Shown piece by piece: positions 27,128 to 37,454 of a stretch of 64,000 bases of DNA. The translations under genes were made by a program, and so were the position numbers. The stretch comes from an uncultured Gemmatimonadaceae bacterium. GTDB lineage: Bacteria > Gemmatimonadota > Gemmatimonadetes > Gemmatimonadales > Gemmatimonadaceae. The notes beneath the pieces are model-generated. The model had not been told where the DNA came from, ran no database searches, and saw nothing but the letters and a program-made list of their open reading frames with translations. The stretch's first letter is position 1, and each line of letters begins with the position of its first letter. Location: assembly GCA_963817955.1 (NCBI GenBank), contig CAWFQK010000004.1:992001-1056000 (forward strand). The letters run 5' to 3'.

Positions 27128-27933
27128 CGTGCCCCACCCGGCGGTGACGCCCAAGGATTGGCGCCCTGCGTCTCGAACGCCTCGACGTCGGCGAAGTAGC
27201 GGCGCGCCATGTCTGCCGACCCGGGATTCGTATAGACCTCGGCCACGGGATGTTCGATCACGCCGGCAATGATGTCGGCCACCTGCTCCGAGGTCTGGAC
27301 GTGTCCGCCGGCGTATACCGCGGTGTTTGGCGCGGCGCCTAACGCGTTGCGTGCAAACTCGGTGGCTACCATCCCCGGCATGACGAGTGTGACGTGAATC
27401 TCCGGGTATGTCTGTCGGAGCTCGACGCGCAGGTTGGCTGTCAGCGCATTCAGCGCCGCCTTCGCCGCATTGTATGCAGAGCGGTGGACGGCCATGGGCA
27501 CGCGGCCGAGGAAGGACGACACATTGATGAGATGCCCATGGCCACGCTCCTTGAAATGCTCCACGGCCACTTGCATCCCATAGAGGGCCGACTTGACGTT
27601 GACAGCCATCATCTCGTCGATATCGGAATCAGTGAGATCCAACACCGACCGTGTGATGCCACGGCCAGCGTTGTTCACCCACACATCGAAACCGCCGAAC
27701 GCAGTGACAGACTCATCGCGAAGCCTTGCCACGTCGTCACGCCGCGTGACGTCGGTCTGGATCGCGAGCGTCCTGGGCGCGCCGGCCCGTTTCGCATCGG
27801 CACCGACCTGATCAAGCTCCGATTTTCGCCGCGCCGCAAGGACGAGCTGATTGTTGTTGGCGCCGAGTCGGCGCGCGATCTGGGCACCGATGCCACTGCT
27901 CGCACCGGTGATAACGATCGTTTTGGCAGCCAT
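27124..27933 (-). CDS. SDR family oxidoreductase
   Basis: TGASSGIG, NNAG, YNAAK. Confidence 0.93.
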   Translation of the reverse strand: MAAKTIVITGASSGIGAQIARRLGANNNQLVLAARRKSELDQVGADAKRAGAPRTLAIQTDVTRRDDVARLRDESVTAFGGFDVWVNNAGRGITRSVLDLTDSDIDEMMAVNVKSALYGMQVAVEHFKERGHGHLINVSSFLGRVPMAVHRSAYNAAKAALNALTANLRVELRQTYPEIHVTLVMPGMVATEFARNALGAAPNTAVYAGGHVQTSEQVADIIAGVIEHPVAEVYTNPGSADMARRYFADVEAFETQGANPWASPPGGAR

Positions 27934-28027
27934 GGGTTATGATACTTTGATTCGTGTGTGAACGGGCGCTACAATCCTCAGAGACCGATTCAGCTTTACG
28001 CCTCGCCGGCCAGGAGATTCAAGGACA

Positions 28028-30178
28028 ATGCAGAACGTTACAGCGGGACGCGTCGATTCGCGCATCACGACGGCCCTCATTCTCGTACTTGTTGCGGCGA
28101 CGGCGCACGCCCAGGACCGGCTCAAGTCGATGCCGGGCTACGAACAGTACCAGCGGATGGCGCCCCTCATCAGGACGGCCGTGCCGGGCGTGGGTGGATT
28201 CGGGGCGCGAGGCGGCGGTGGAGCAATCCTCTGGTCGCCCGACGGCAAGTCCGTGTCGTTCGACAATGCCGGCAAGCATTATCGCTACGACGTCGCGAGC
28301 CGCACGACGACAGCGGTGACGGAGACCAGCGCACAATCGAGCGGAGGTCGTGGTCGCGGCACCGGCGGGGCGATGCCCGAGCGTGGCCGGCAGTTTTCGT
28401 TCGCCGTGGCACCGGCCGGCAACCATCGCGCCATCTATAAGGATCGCAACGTCTGGATCGGCGATTCCGCGGGCACCAATGCCGTCCAGATCACCACGGA
28501 TGGCAGCACGCAGTCTCGCCTCAAGTACGGCACGGCGAGCTGGGTATACGGTGAGGAGCTGTCGCAGCGTACTGCGATGTGGTGGTCCCCGGACGGAACG
28601 AAGCTCGCCTACTATCGCTTTGACGAGAGCAAGGTCCCGGACTACTACACCACGCCCGGGCTGACGCAGATTCAGGATACGGTTGACGTCGAGGCGTACC
28701 CCAAGCCGGGCGTGCCGAACCCCGTGGTGGACCTGTTCGTCTACGATGTGGGCACCAAGAAGACGACGCGCGTGGACGTCCGCGACGGCAAGCCGTTCGA
28801 GAACGCGAGCGTCGGCTATTATGTATTTCGCGTGGACTGGTCGCCGGATGGCAAGGAGCTCACGTTCCTGCGCACGAACCGCCGGCAGAACACGCTGGAG
28901 ATGGCGGCGTGCAGCCCGGAGTCCGGCGCCTGCCGCACGGTGATCCACGAGGAATGGCCCACCGGCTGGATCGATGACGATCCGGCCCCTGCCGTGGTGT
29001 GGCTCCAGGATCACAACCGCTTCCTCTGGGAGTCGGATCGCAGTGGGTTCAAGAACTATTATCTGTACGACTTCAAGAATGCAAAGCTATTGAACCCGGT
29101 CACGCAGCTCCACGCGGAAGTCGCGGGGATCGTCCGCGTCGATGAGCCGTCGAAGATGCTCTACTACGTGGGGCGTGACGGCGAGAACTACATGAAGTTC
29201 CAGCTTCACCGGGTCGGCCTCGACGGCAAGAACGACGTACGACTCACGGATCCGGCATTCACGCATTCCGTGGCGCTGTCGCCGGACGGCCGGTATTTCG
29301 TGGACGTCGCCGAAACGCACGACCAGGCGCCAGTCACACGATTGGTGGACGCGCACGGCACCGTGGTGGTCGAGCTGGCCAAGACGGATCTCGCGAAGTT
29401 CAACGACCTTGGCTTGAAGAAGGTCGAGATGTACACGTACGCGACGTCCGACGGACAGGCGACGTTACACGGAACGATGTCGTTCCCCTCGAACTTCGAT
29501 CCGTCGAAGAAGTATCCTGTCCTGGTGAGCGTGTACGGCGGCCCCGGGGTGGGCAATAGCACCAATGAGCGCTTTCAGACGCCGAACGCTATGGCGGAGT
29601 ACGGTTTCATCGTCCTGACGGTGGAGGCCCGCACGAACCCGGGAATGGGCCACAAGTACCTCGACGCGGTCTACCTCAAGCTGGGGCAGACGGAGATCGA
29701 CGACATGGCCGATGGCGTGAAGGCGCTGTGGAACCGACCGTACATCGACAAGACTCGCGTCGGCATCTTCGGCACGTCGTACGGCGGCTACACGTCGGTC
29801 ATGGAGTTGCTGCGTCATCCGGACGTATTCGCGGCGGCATCGGCCTCGTCGCCTCCAACCGACTGGCGGAATTACGACACGATCTACACCGAGCGCTACA
29901 TGTGGATTCCGCAGGAGAACGAAGACGGGTACGAGAAGGGCTCGGCGATGAGCTACGTCAACGATCTGCGGGGCCGCCTGATGCTGTACTACGGCACGAT
30001 GGATAACAACGTGCATCCATCCAACATGATGCAGCTCATTGCGGCGCTCCAGCACGCCGGCAAGAGCTTCGAGGTGCAAGTCGGGCCCGACCAGGGCCAC
30101 TCCGGTTTGAATTCGCAGCGGATGATGGAATTCTTCATCGAGAATCTGGTCATCCATCCTGCTCCTCCAAAGGCGTGA
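28028..30178 (+). CDS. S9B dipeptidyl-peptidase IV family protein
   Basis: WVYGEE, WWSPDG, YGGPG, GTSYGG, DNNVH. Confidence 0.93.
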   Translation: MQNVTAGRVDSRITTALILVLVAATAHAQDRLKSMPGYEQYQRMAPLIRTAVPGVGGFGARGGGGAILWSPDGKSVSFDNAGKHYRYDVASRTTTAVTETSAQSSGGRGRGTGGAMPERGRQFSFAVAPAGNHRAIYKDRNVWIGDSAGTNAVQITTDGSTQSRLKYGTASWVYGEELSQRTAMWWSPDGTKLAYYRFDESKVPDYYTTPGLTQIQDTVDVEAYPKPGVPNPVVDLFVYDVGTKKTTRVDVRDGKPFENASVGYYVFRVDWSPDGKELTFLRTNRRQNTLEMAACSPESGACRTVIHEEWPTGWIDDDPAPAVVWLQDHNRFLWESDRSGFKNYYLYDFKNAKLLNPVTQLHAEVAGIVRVDEPSKMLYYVGRDGENYMKFQLHRVGLDGKNDVRLTDPAFTHSVALSPDGRYFVDVAETHDQAPVTRLVDAHGTVVVELAKTDLAKFNDLGLKKVEMYTYATSDGQATLHGTMSFPSNFDPSKKYPVLVSVYGGPGVGNSTNERFQTPNAMAEYGFIVLTVEARTNPGMGHKYLDAVYLKLGQTEIDDMADGVKALWNRPYIDKTRVGIFGTSYGGYTSVMELLRHPDVFAAASASSPPTDWRNYDTIYTERYMWIPQENEDGYEKGSAMSYVNDLRGRLMLYYGTMDNNVHPSNMMQLIAALQHAGKSFEVQVGPDQGHSGLNSQRMMEFFIENLVIHPAPPKA

Positions 30179-30735
30179 TGCGGTCGGCGACTTCAGTCGT
30201 CCCGGCGCTCGCCGGGACGACGAACACTCCGGTGCCACGATCGAACATGTGTTGCGGAGAACCGATCGCCGAGCTGCTCGACCATGTCGGGGCGACACAT
30301 GTTGTGACCGTCCCCGACAGCACGATCGGCAAGTGGTACCCGGCCGTCGAGCGCCGGGGACGGACGCGCCTGGTGCACGTGTGCCGAGAAGGCGAAGCAT
30401 GGGAAGTGGCGGGGGGACTCTACCTCGGCGGTGCGCATCCGATCGTCATGATCCAGTGCACCGGCCTGTTTGAATCGGGCGACGCGTTGCGCAACGTGGT
30501 GTACGACTGGCAGCTCCCGATTTTCAGCATCATCGGCTATCGCAGCTATCTCGACCAGAGCTCGCTGCCGGGGGACACCTGTCTCACGTTCACCGAACCC
30601 ATCCTGCAAGCCTGGAAGATCGACTACCGGTTGATCACACGAACGTCGCAGTTCCACGAGTTGGAAGCGCACATCAATGCCTGTCGCGGAGCCAACGTTG
30701 CGGGCGCAGCCCTGATCGCGGAGGGGAACCCATGA
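30175..30735 (+). CDS. ThDP-dependent decarboxylase alpha/PYR subunit (ComD-like; start may be 30247)
   Basis: TVPDS, VCREGEA..V.GGLYLGG, MIQCTG. Confidence 0.75.
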   Translation: MMRSATSVVPALAGTTNTPVPRSNMCCGEPIAELLDHVGATHVVTVPDSTIGKWYPAVERRGRTRLVHVCREGEAWEVAGGLYLGGAHPIVMIQCTGLFESGDALRNVVYDWQLPIFSIIGYRSYLDQSSLPGDTCLTFTEPILQAWKIDYRLITRTSQFHELEAHINACRGANVAGAALIAEGNP

Positions 30736-31313
30736 GCGCCAGACGCATGTCGCGACTCGATGCGATCGGCGCACTCCACGCCGCGCGTCACGCCCGAGAC
30801 GTCGTGATCACCACGATGATGCCGGCGCGCGACTGGATGACGTTTCCGCAGCAGCCGCTCGACCTCGTGTTCGTGCCGTCTGCGATGGGGCATGCAACCT
30901 CGCTCGGCCTCGGGATTGCCCTCGCGCAACCGAGCCGCCGCGTCATCATCTGCAACGGTGACGGCTCAATGCTGATGAACCTCGGCTCGCTTGTCTCGAT
31001 CGTTGCGTCGAACGTCGCAAACGTCATCCTGATCGTATTCGACAATGGTGTCTACGAGGTCACGGGATCGCAGCCGGTGCCAGCGCAAGGCGTGGCGGAT
31101 CTCGCCGCGCTGGCGCGGGGCGCGGGATTTCGCTCGGTATTCGAATTCGACGTGCTGGAGGATTGGTGCGCGGCAGTCTCCAATGTGCTGAATGTCGCGG
31201 GCCCAGTCTTCGTGCGACTCAAGGTCGATGCCGTCGAGGGTCAGCGCGGCCCCCGCTCTCCAGGCCCGGCGCGGGAGCGGGCACGCCGGTTTCGTGAGGC
31301 GTTGGGCGCCTGA
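30732..31313 (+). CDS. ThDP-binding decarboxylase beta subunit (ComE-like)
   Basis: AMGHATSLGLG, GDGSMLMNLG...DNGVYEVTGSQ; ATGA overlap with the alpha subunit. Confidence 0.85.
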   Translation: MSARRMSRLDAIGALHAARHARDVVITTMMPARDWMTFPQQPLDLVFVPSAMGHATSLGLGIALAQPSRRVIICNGDGSMLMNLGSLVSIVASNVANVILIVFDNGVYEVTGSQPVPAQGVADLAALARGAGFRSVFEFDVLEDWCAAVSNVLNVAGPVFVRLKVDAVEGQRGPRSPGPARERARRFREALGA

Positions 31314-31399
31314 CCGAGAGGTGGGACACGGGTGTGGGACACGAGACACGGAGTCAACGGCATCGCGACTCACGGACCTCTCTGCTACGACCGAGCCCG

Positions 31400-32480
31400 C
31401 TCAGTCGAGATGGGATCGATCGTTTGCTAGATCGAATGCACGCGCGTGCGGCCGGGATCGATCCTCGTCTAGATCGAATTCACGCGTGTGCAGGTGGAAT
31501 CCACGCCTGCTCAGACGGAATCCCTCGCTGTCTAGATCGAATTCACACCAGTGAAGATGGAAGTGCCGCCTGTCGAGATCGAACCGGTTCTCACCAACAC
31601 GCCTCTGACGTGCGCCCACTCGCCTGTCACGCGCGTCCACTCGCAATCCTCGCTTGTTCAGCTGGGATGATGTGACGTCCACCTGCGATTGCCTCTCGGT
31701 CAGCTCGGATCCCTTCCGGTCGAGATGTAACCCACGCGTGTCCAGGGGTGACTCGCCGGTGCGGAGATCGCACAGCGCCGGTGCAAGCACGAACCCCTCG
31801 CGTGCAAGCACGAACTCCTCGCGTGCAAGCACGAACCTCGCGGCAAGCAGAACTCGCGTGCAAGCACGAACCCTTCGCAATCAACATCGGACTCGCCGCC
31901 GTCTAGGAGGCTTCATCGCTCGTCTCGCTCGGATGCCCGCGTGCTCACGACTAACTGCGCGCCGTCCCGGAGGGATCGACGTGTGTCAACCGAGGATTCA
32001 TCGCGTACAACATCAGACCCTCGGCCGTCAACAGCAGACCCTCGGCCGTTGAGGCCTCTCTCACGCGACCGCACGTCGGAATCATCCGTGTCGACATGGA
32101 ACAGATCGTTGTCGACATGGGATAGATCGTTGTCGACGTGGAAGGGGTCCGCGTCCACAGGCAATGGCTCGGCGTTCAGGACCCAGTCGCTCGCGTTCAG
32201 CTGGGATGGCTGACGTAGCCGATGGAATCGTCCGTTGTGCAGGCCCCACGCCCGATCGTGAAGCGCGCAGGCGCCCGTCTCGAGGACGGACTCCTCGCGT
32301 GACACGCAAGACCACCGCTTCTCACGCAGACACCGACCGGTCGGAACGAGGCTCCGATTCTTCCGAAGGCAACTCTGTCTCTCCCGAAGACGCCTCCGTC
32401 GATTCCGACGACCATTCCGTCACTCCCGACGACCATTCCGTCGCTTCCGACGACGTTTCCGTTGCTTCCGACGACCACTT
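31400..32480. repeat. Patchwork of degenerate 21-nt-period tandem arrays
   Basis: For example gtctagatcgaattcac.. recurring in 21-nt register, gtgcaagcacgaac.cctcgc x3-4, tcgttgtcgacatgg..aga x3, ttccgtc....ccgacgacca x4. Confidence 0.75.
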
Positions 32481-32658
32481 CACTGCTTTCGATGGCGATT
32501 GCGGCACGTCTCACACCTGTTATTCCTCATTTCGCTCCGGCGCTTCGGCGCCCGCCGGCGTGCCGTTCTCTTTCCACGCACACGGAGCCCCTCGGAGGCC
32601 ATCTGAAAGATCGTGAAGGCCACACCGTGGAGACTGCTCCGCCGCAGCGGCGCGCCGG

Positions 32659-32748
32659 CACGAAACACGGGACACGGGACACGAGATAGGCGACACGAGA
32701 TAAGGGACACGAGACAGGAGGCGCGGGACATGGGATGCGAGACACGAG
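32659..32748. repeat. Heptamer tandem tract (GACACGR variants)
   Basis: cacgaaa cacggga cacggga cacgaga taggcga cacgaga taaggga cacgaga; similar tract at 31322-31351. Confidence 0.75.
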
Positions 32749-32900
32749 CCCCATTGTATACAGTACGCTCCGTCCCCAGACGGTCCCCTGCAGCAGTCCC
32801 TCGCGCGACGGCGCACTTCGACGTAAATCTTTGCAGCGTACAAAAGTTCGTTTTGCTGGCTTTCCCGCCCGTTCCTCCGTTATCCGCACAAGGAGATAGG

Positions 32901-35900
32901 ATGTCCCGTTCGACAGGTTCAATGCGTCGATGGACCACGGCGTTCATCGCCGCCGGCGCACTGTCGCAGGTACCGATCGCGCCCGCCGCGGCGCAGTCGC
33001 AGAAGATGGATCAGGAGTACACGGCCCAGATCAAGAAGTACTTATCCGACCCCCGCATCTCGACGGAACTGGTCGATCACCTTCCTGCGTCGAGCACCGT
33101 GCCGACGCCGCTCAAGTTTCTCGGGCACATCGTGGGTGCGCCGGGGGTTCTCGATCACGCGGCTGACATCCACAAGTATCTCCAGGCGGTCGCGAAGGCA
33201 TCGCCGAAGCGCGCCAAATTCTGGACGATCGGCAAGACCGAGGAAGGGCGCGACATGGTGCTCCTCGCCATTGCCGACGAGCAGACCATTGCCAATCTCG
33301 ACAAATACAAGGGCTACCTGAATCAGCTCACCGATCCGCGCAAGACGACGGAAGCACAGGCGCAGAAGCTGATCCATACCGCCAAGCCCATCTACTGGAT
33401 CACGAGCGGCATGCACTCGCCGGAGTCCGGCGGTCCCGAGATGTTGATGGAATTGGCGTACCGTCTCACGGTGGAAGAAACACCGTTCGTCAAGAACATC
33501 CGCGACAACGTGATCACCTTCATCACCCCGGTGATCGAGGTGGACGGTCGCGAGAAATTCGTCGACAATCACAACTTCAACGAGCAGTGGAACAAGGACC
33601 ACCCGAGCACCGGGCCGGCCACCGGCCGGGGCGGCGGCGCGTTGTCGCTCATGTACTGGGGCAAGTACGTGCAGCACGACAATAATCGCGACGGCATGGG
33701 GCAGTTCCTGGACCTGACGAAGAACACGACCAAGACGTTCCTCGAATGGACGCCGACCGTGCTGCACGATCTGCACGAGGCACAGACGTATCTGTATGCC
33801 TCCACCGGTAGCGGCCCGTACAACGACGCGCTCGACCCGATCGTCGTGGATGAGTGGTGGATGCTCGCGAAGAACGACGTGATGGAGATGACGAAGCGTG
33901 GCGTGCCCGGCGTGTGGACCTACGGGTTCTACGACGGCTGGGTACCGAACTACATGTTCTTCATCGCGCACACACACAACGCGATCGGCCGCTTTTACGA
34001 AGTGCAGAGCTACTGTCAGGGCTCGTGCGGCAATTACGTCGTCAAGCCCGGCGCCACGACGACGAGCAAGGAATGGTTCCGTCCGAATCCACCGCTCGAC
34101 TCGATCATGTGGAGCCCGCGCGCCAACACGAACATTCAGGAGTCGGCCATCCTGTTCTCGCTGTCGCACATGGCAAAGAACAAGGAATCCTACCTGGACA
34201 ACTACTGGCGCAAGAACAAGCGCGCGATCGCCAAGGCGACCGCGCATCCGGGCAGCGTCGCCGCGTGGGTCATTCCGGCAAATCAGCATGCCCGTCAGAA
34301 TACGGCGGAAGCGGTGAACGACCTGAAGACGCAGGGACTGGAAATCCACACCGCGACGTCGTCGTTCAAGGCCGGCAACGTCCAGGTGAACGCCGGCGAC
34401 TACATCGTGCGCGGCGACCAGCCGTACCGCACGCTCGCCGACATGTACTTCTCGCTCCAGAACTTCTCCCCGGCCAACCCGTCGCCGTACGACGACACGG
34501 GCTGGACCTTTCCGATGATGCGGAACATCACCATCACGGAAGTCACCGACAAGAGTATTCTCAACCAGCCCATGGCGCCGGTGAAGGGCGACGTCACGGC
34601 GCCGGGCGGTATCAGCGGCAGCGGCACCACCGTGATCGTCGAGAACAACAGCGACAACACGCTCGTCAGCTTCCGCTTCAAGTTCCCGAATGTGAAGATG
34701 GCAGCGGCGGAAGATGCGTTCGATGCCAGTGGCCACCATTTCGGTGCGGGCGCGATCATCATCGAGAACGCCAATCGGGCACAGCTCGATCCAGCGCTCA
34801 AGAAGTTCGGCCTGGCCGGTTTCGCGGCAACGGCGGCCCCGGCGGTCAAGAGTCACGACCTCGAGGTGCCGCGCATCGGGTACATCCATAGCTGGACGCG
34901 TACGCAGGACGAAGGATGGGTGCGCGCGGCGCTCGATACGTACGGCGTGCCGTACACGTACTTCGGCGAGAACCAGGTCGCGAAGCTCGGCGATCTGCGC
35001 ACCAAGTACGACGTCATCATCTACCCGCACGGCGGCAGCGGCGTGGGCAACGTCGGTGGCGGCCGTGGCGGCGCAGCGGCCAACGTGCCAGTCCCCTACA
35101 AGAGCACCAAGGCGTTCCCGTCACTCGGCTTCCCCGATTCGACGGACGACGTCCGCGGCGCGCTTGGCGAGGAGGGCATGAAGGCGCTGTACGCCTTCGT
35201 GCAGCACGGCGGCACGCTGATTACCGAGGGCAACACGTCGCAGATTCTGCCGGAAATGAACCTCACACCGGGCGTGAAGGTGGAAGCCGCGAACGGCCTG
35301 TTCGCGCGCGGCACGATCTTGCGCGGCGTGATCGCCGATGCCAAGAGTCCGATCGTCTACGGCTACAACCACACCGATGTGCCGGTCTACTTCAGTTCGA
35401 GCCCGGTGTTGAACGCCGGTGCCGGTGCAATGCCGATCGCAGACAATCCGGCTCTGGCGGGCCGCGGTGGCCGGACCGGCAGCGTTACACAGAACATCAC
35501 GCCGATGGCGACTCCTCTGAAGCTGTCGGTCTGGGATCCGGACCACACGGGAGTGGCGTACGGACTGGCGACGAGCATCGGTAACGACTTCAACGTCGCG
35601 CAGGCTGGTCAGCCCGCCGCTGGTCGCGGCGGTCGCGGCGGCGCAGGCGCCGGCGGCTTTGGTGGGGCCGGTGCCGCAGGGCCGGCGAGCGTTCCGGGAC
35701 TCACGGCTGATCCGAACAGCTCCACGCGAGTCGTGATGCAGTTCCCCGCGAAGGCCGAGGACATGCTGCTCTCCGGCACGTTGGAGAACGGCGCACTCCT
35801 GTCCAACCGTGCACAACTCGTGGACGAGTCGATCGGCAGCGGTCACGTCGTGATGTTCGCGATCCGACCGTTCTGGCGGTGGCAGACCCAGGGCACGTTC

Positions 35901-35954
35901 GCGATGGGCTTCAACGCGATCATGAACTGGAACCACCTGAACGCGGGCAAGTAG
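32901..35954 (+). CDS. Secreted M14 family zinc carboxypeptidase
   Basis: RBS AGGAGA; GKTEEGR, HSPE (HxxE), DNNRD, HDLHE, PYDDTGWT. Confidence 0.9.
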   Translation: MSRSTGSMRRWTTAFIAAGALSQVPIAPAAAQSQKMDQEYTAQIKKYLSDPRISTELVDHLPASSTVPTPLKFLGHIVGAPGVLDHAADIHKYLQAVAKASPKRAKFWTIGKTEEGRDMVLLAIADEQTIANLDKYKGYLNQLTDPRKTTEAQAQKLIHTAKPIYWITSGMHSPESGGPEMLMELAYRLTVEETPFVKNIRDNVITFITPVIEVDGREKFVDNHNFNEQWNKDHPSTGPATGRGGGALSLMYWGKYVQHDNNRDGMGQFLDLTKNTTKTFLEWTPTVLHDLHEAQTYLYASTGSGPYNDALDPIVVDEWWMLAKNDVMEMTKRGVPGVWTYGFYDGWVPNYMFFIAHTHNAIGRFYEVQSYCQGSCGNYVVKPGATTTSKEWFRPNPPLDSIMWSPRANTNIQESAILFSLSHMAKNKESYLDNYWRKNKRAIAKATAHPGSVAAWVIPANQHARQNTAEAVNDLKTQGLEIHTATSSFKAGNVQVNAGDYIVRGDQPYRTLADMYFSLQNFSPANPSPYDDTGWTFPMMRNITITEVTDKSILNQPMAPVKGDVTAPGGISGSGTTVIVENNSDNTLVSFRFKFPNVKMAAAEDAFDASGHHFGAGAIIIENANRAQLDPALKKFGLAGFAATAAPAVKSHDLEVPRIGYIHSWTRTQDEGWVRAALDTYGVPYTYFGENQVAKLGDLRTKYDVIIYPHGGSGVGNVGGGRGGAAANVPVPYKSTKAFPSLGFPDSTDDVRGALGEEGMKALYAFVQHGGTLITEGNTSQILPEMNLTPGVKVEAANGLFARGTILRGVIADAKSPIVYGYNHTDVPVYFSSSPVLNAGAGAMPIADNPALAGRGGRTGSVTQNITPMATPLKLSVWDPDHTGVAYGLATSIGNDFNVAQAGQPAAGRGGRGGAGAGGFGGAGAAGPASVPGLTADPNSSTRVVMQFPAKAEDMLLSGTLENGALLSNRAQLVDESIGSGHVVMFAIRPFWRWQTQGTFAMGFNAIMNWNHLNAGK

Positions 35955-35990
35955 CGGCTGGTTGCTGATTGCTGGTTGTGAGATGAGCAG

Positions 35991-36020
35991 AAGGCGCGGG
36001 CCAAGTGGTCCGCGCCTTTT
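35991..36020 (+). terminator. Intrinsic terminator
   Basis: AAGGCGCGGGCCA-AG-TGGTCCGCGCC followed by TTTT, after the M14 gene. Confidence 0.75.
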
Positions 36021-36130
36021 GCGTTGCTGCAACACTCCGGTGCGCAACCGCACGCTGTGGCCTTCTTGACAGACTGGTGTTTGGAAGAAAGTGTATCCCG
36101 TCGGTCACTGCCTGAAAACCTCGAGAGATC

Positions 36131-37453
36131 ATGCTTCGCCGCTCAGCGGTACTCCTCTTCCTTGCGACGTCTGCGCCCGCTGTCGCCCAGGTTCCCATCG
36201 ACTCCGCGCTTGCCCGGTACATCAATGGCGTTCGCGCCATCGATGACCACGCGCACCCTATGCGCCCGGTTCGGCCAGGCGCGCCGGCTGACACGGAGTA
36301 CGACGCGCTCCCCCTCGACGGAATCCCGTCTTTCGATATGCCCAATCGACTCAAGGCAGACGACCAGGTGTGGCGCGCGGCGCAGAATGCGCTCTACCAC
36401 GTCCCGCTGGGCGCCGCCGGCCCGCAGTATCACGCCGCGCTCGAGGCGGCGGTGGCAAACACCGCGCGCGCCCAAGGAATGCGCTTCGCGGAATGGGCGC
36501 TCGATCAGGCGGGCATCGACATCATGCTGGCGAATCGCATTGTGCTCGGACCGGGACTCGCGCCGCCGCGGTTCAGGTGGGTGGCGTTTGCCGACGCGCT
36601 GATGCTGCCACTCGATACACGCGCCGAAGCGGCGCGAACGCCGGATACCAGATCGCTGTATCCGCGAGAAACGAAGCTGCTGCACCGCTACATGCGTGAT
36701 TTGAACCTCCGCGCATTGCCGGCAACGCTCGATGAGTACGTGCGCGTCGTCATTGTGCCAACCCTGGCTCGACAACGAGCGAGCGGCGCGGTGGCGATCA
36801 AATTCGAGGCGGCGTATCTGCGTCCGCTCGATTTCGACGATGCCGATGCCGCTTCGGCGAGACGGATCTACGCTCGCTATGCCGCCGGCGGCACGCCTTC
36901 ACACGGGGAGTACAAGACGCTCCAGGACTATTTGTTCCGCGTCATCGCGCGCGAAGCCGGGCGTCAGAAGCTGGCCGTGCAGCTGCACGTGCTCGAGACG
37001 TTCGGCGGATTCTACTCACCCCGTGGCAGCGCACCGCATCTGCTCGAGCCGGTGTTCAATGATTCAACACTCCGCGGCACCCGTTTCGTCATGGTGCACG
37101 GTGGCTGGCCACTCGTAGGTGAGGCGCAGGGTCAGCTCAGCAAGCCGAACGTGTACGCCGACATCTCGATGATCGACGACATCCTCTCGCCCACGGTACT
37201 TGCTGGCGTGCTCCGCCAATGGCTCGGTGAGTGGCCGAGCAAGGTGATGTTCGGCAGCGACGCGTTCGACGGCGGCGCCGAGCAGGGATGGGAGCAGGTC
37301 GCCTTGGTCGGCGCGACGACGGCGCGTCGGGCGCTGGCGATCGCGCTCTCGGGCATGATGCGTGACGGCGAGATCGACCGCGCCAGGGCCGAGCAGTTGG
37401 CGCGCATGGTGTTGCGAGAAAACGCGGCGACGGTGTACGGATTGGCGAAGTAG
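36131..37453 (+). CDS. Secreted amidohydrolase family protein
   Basis: Signal peptide; IDDHAH, VAIKFE, QLH, HGGWP, FGSDAF. Confidence 0.85.
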   Translation: MLRRSAVLLFLATSAPAVAQVPIDSALARYINGVRAIDDHAHPMRPVRPGAPADTEYDALPLDGIPSFDMPNRLKADDQVWRAAQNALYHVPLGAAGPQYHAALEAAVANTARAQGMRFAEWALDQAGIDIMLANRIVLGPGLAPPRFRWVAFADALMLPLDTRAEAARTPDTRSLYPRETKLLHRYMRDLNLRALPATLDEYVRVVIVPTLARQRASGAVAIKFEAAYLRPLDFDDADAASARRIYARYAAGGTPSHGEYKTLQDYLFRVIAREAGRQKLAVQLHVLETFGGFYSPRGSAPHLLEPVFNDSTLRGTRFVMVHGGWPLVGEAQGQLSKPNVYADISMIDDILSPTVLAGVLRQWLGEWPSKVMFGSDAFDGGAEQGWEQVALVGATTARRALAIALSGMMRDGEIDRARAEQLARMVLRENAATVYGLAK

Positions 37454-37454
37454 C

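Noticed and set aside
31400..32480. CRISPR array
   Set aside because: Units are contiguous degenerate 21-mers with no constant repeat/unique spacer alternation, and there are no cas genes.
31334..32616. ORFs called in the periodic region (31334..31675, 31401..31880, 31913..32305, 32164..32616 and others)
   Set aside because: They overlap in many frames, lack a clear RBS and show no family motifs; open frames are expected in GC-rich repeats.
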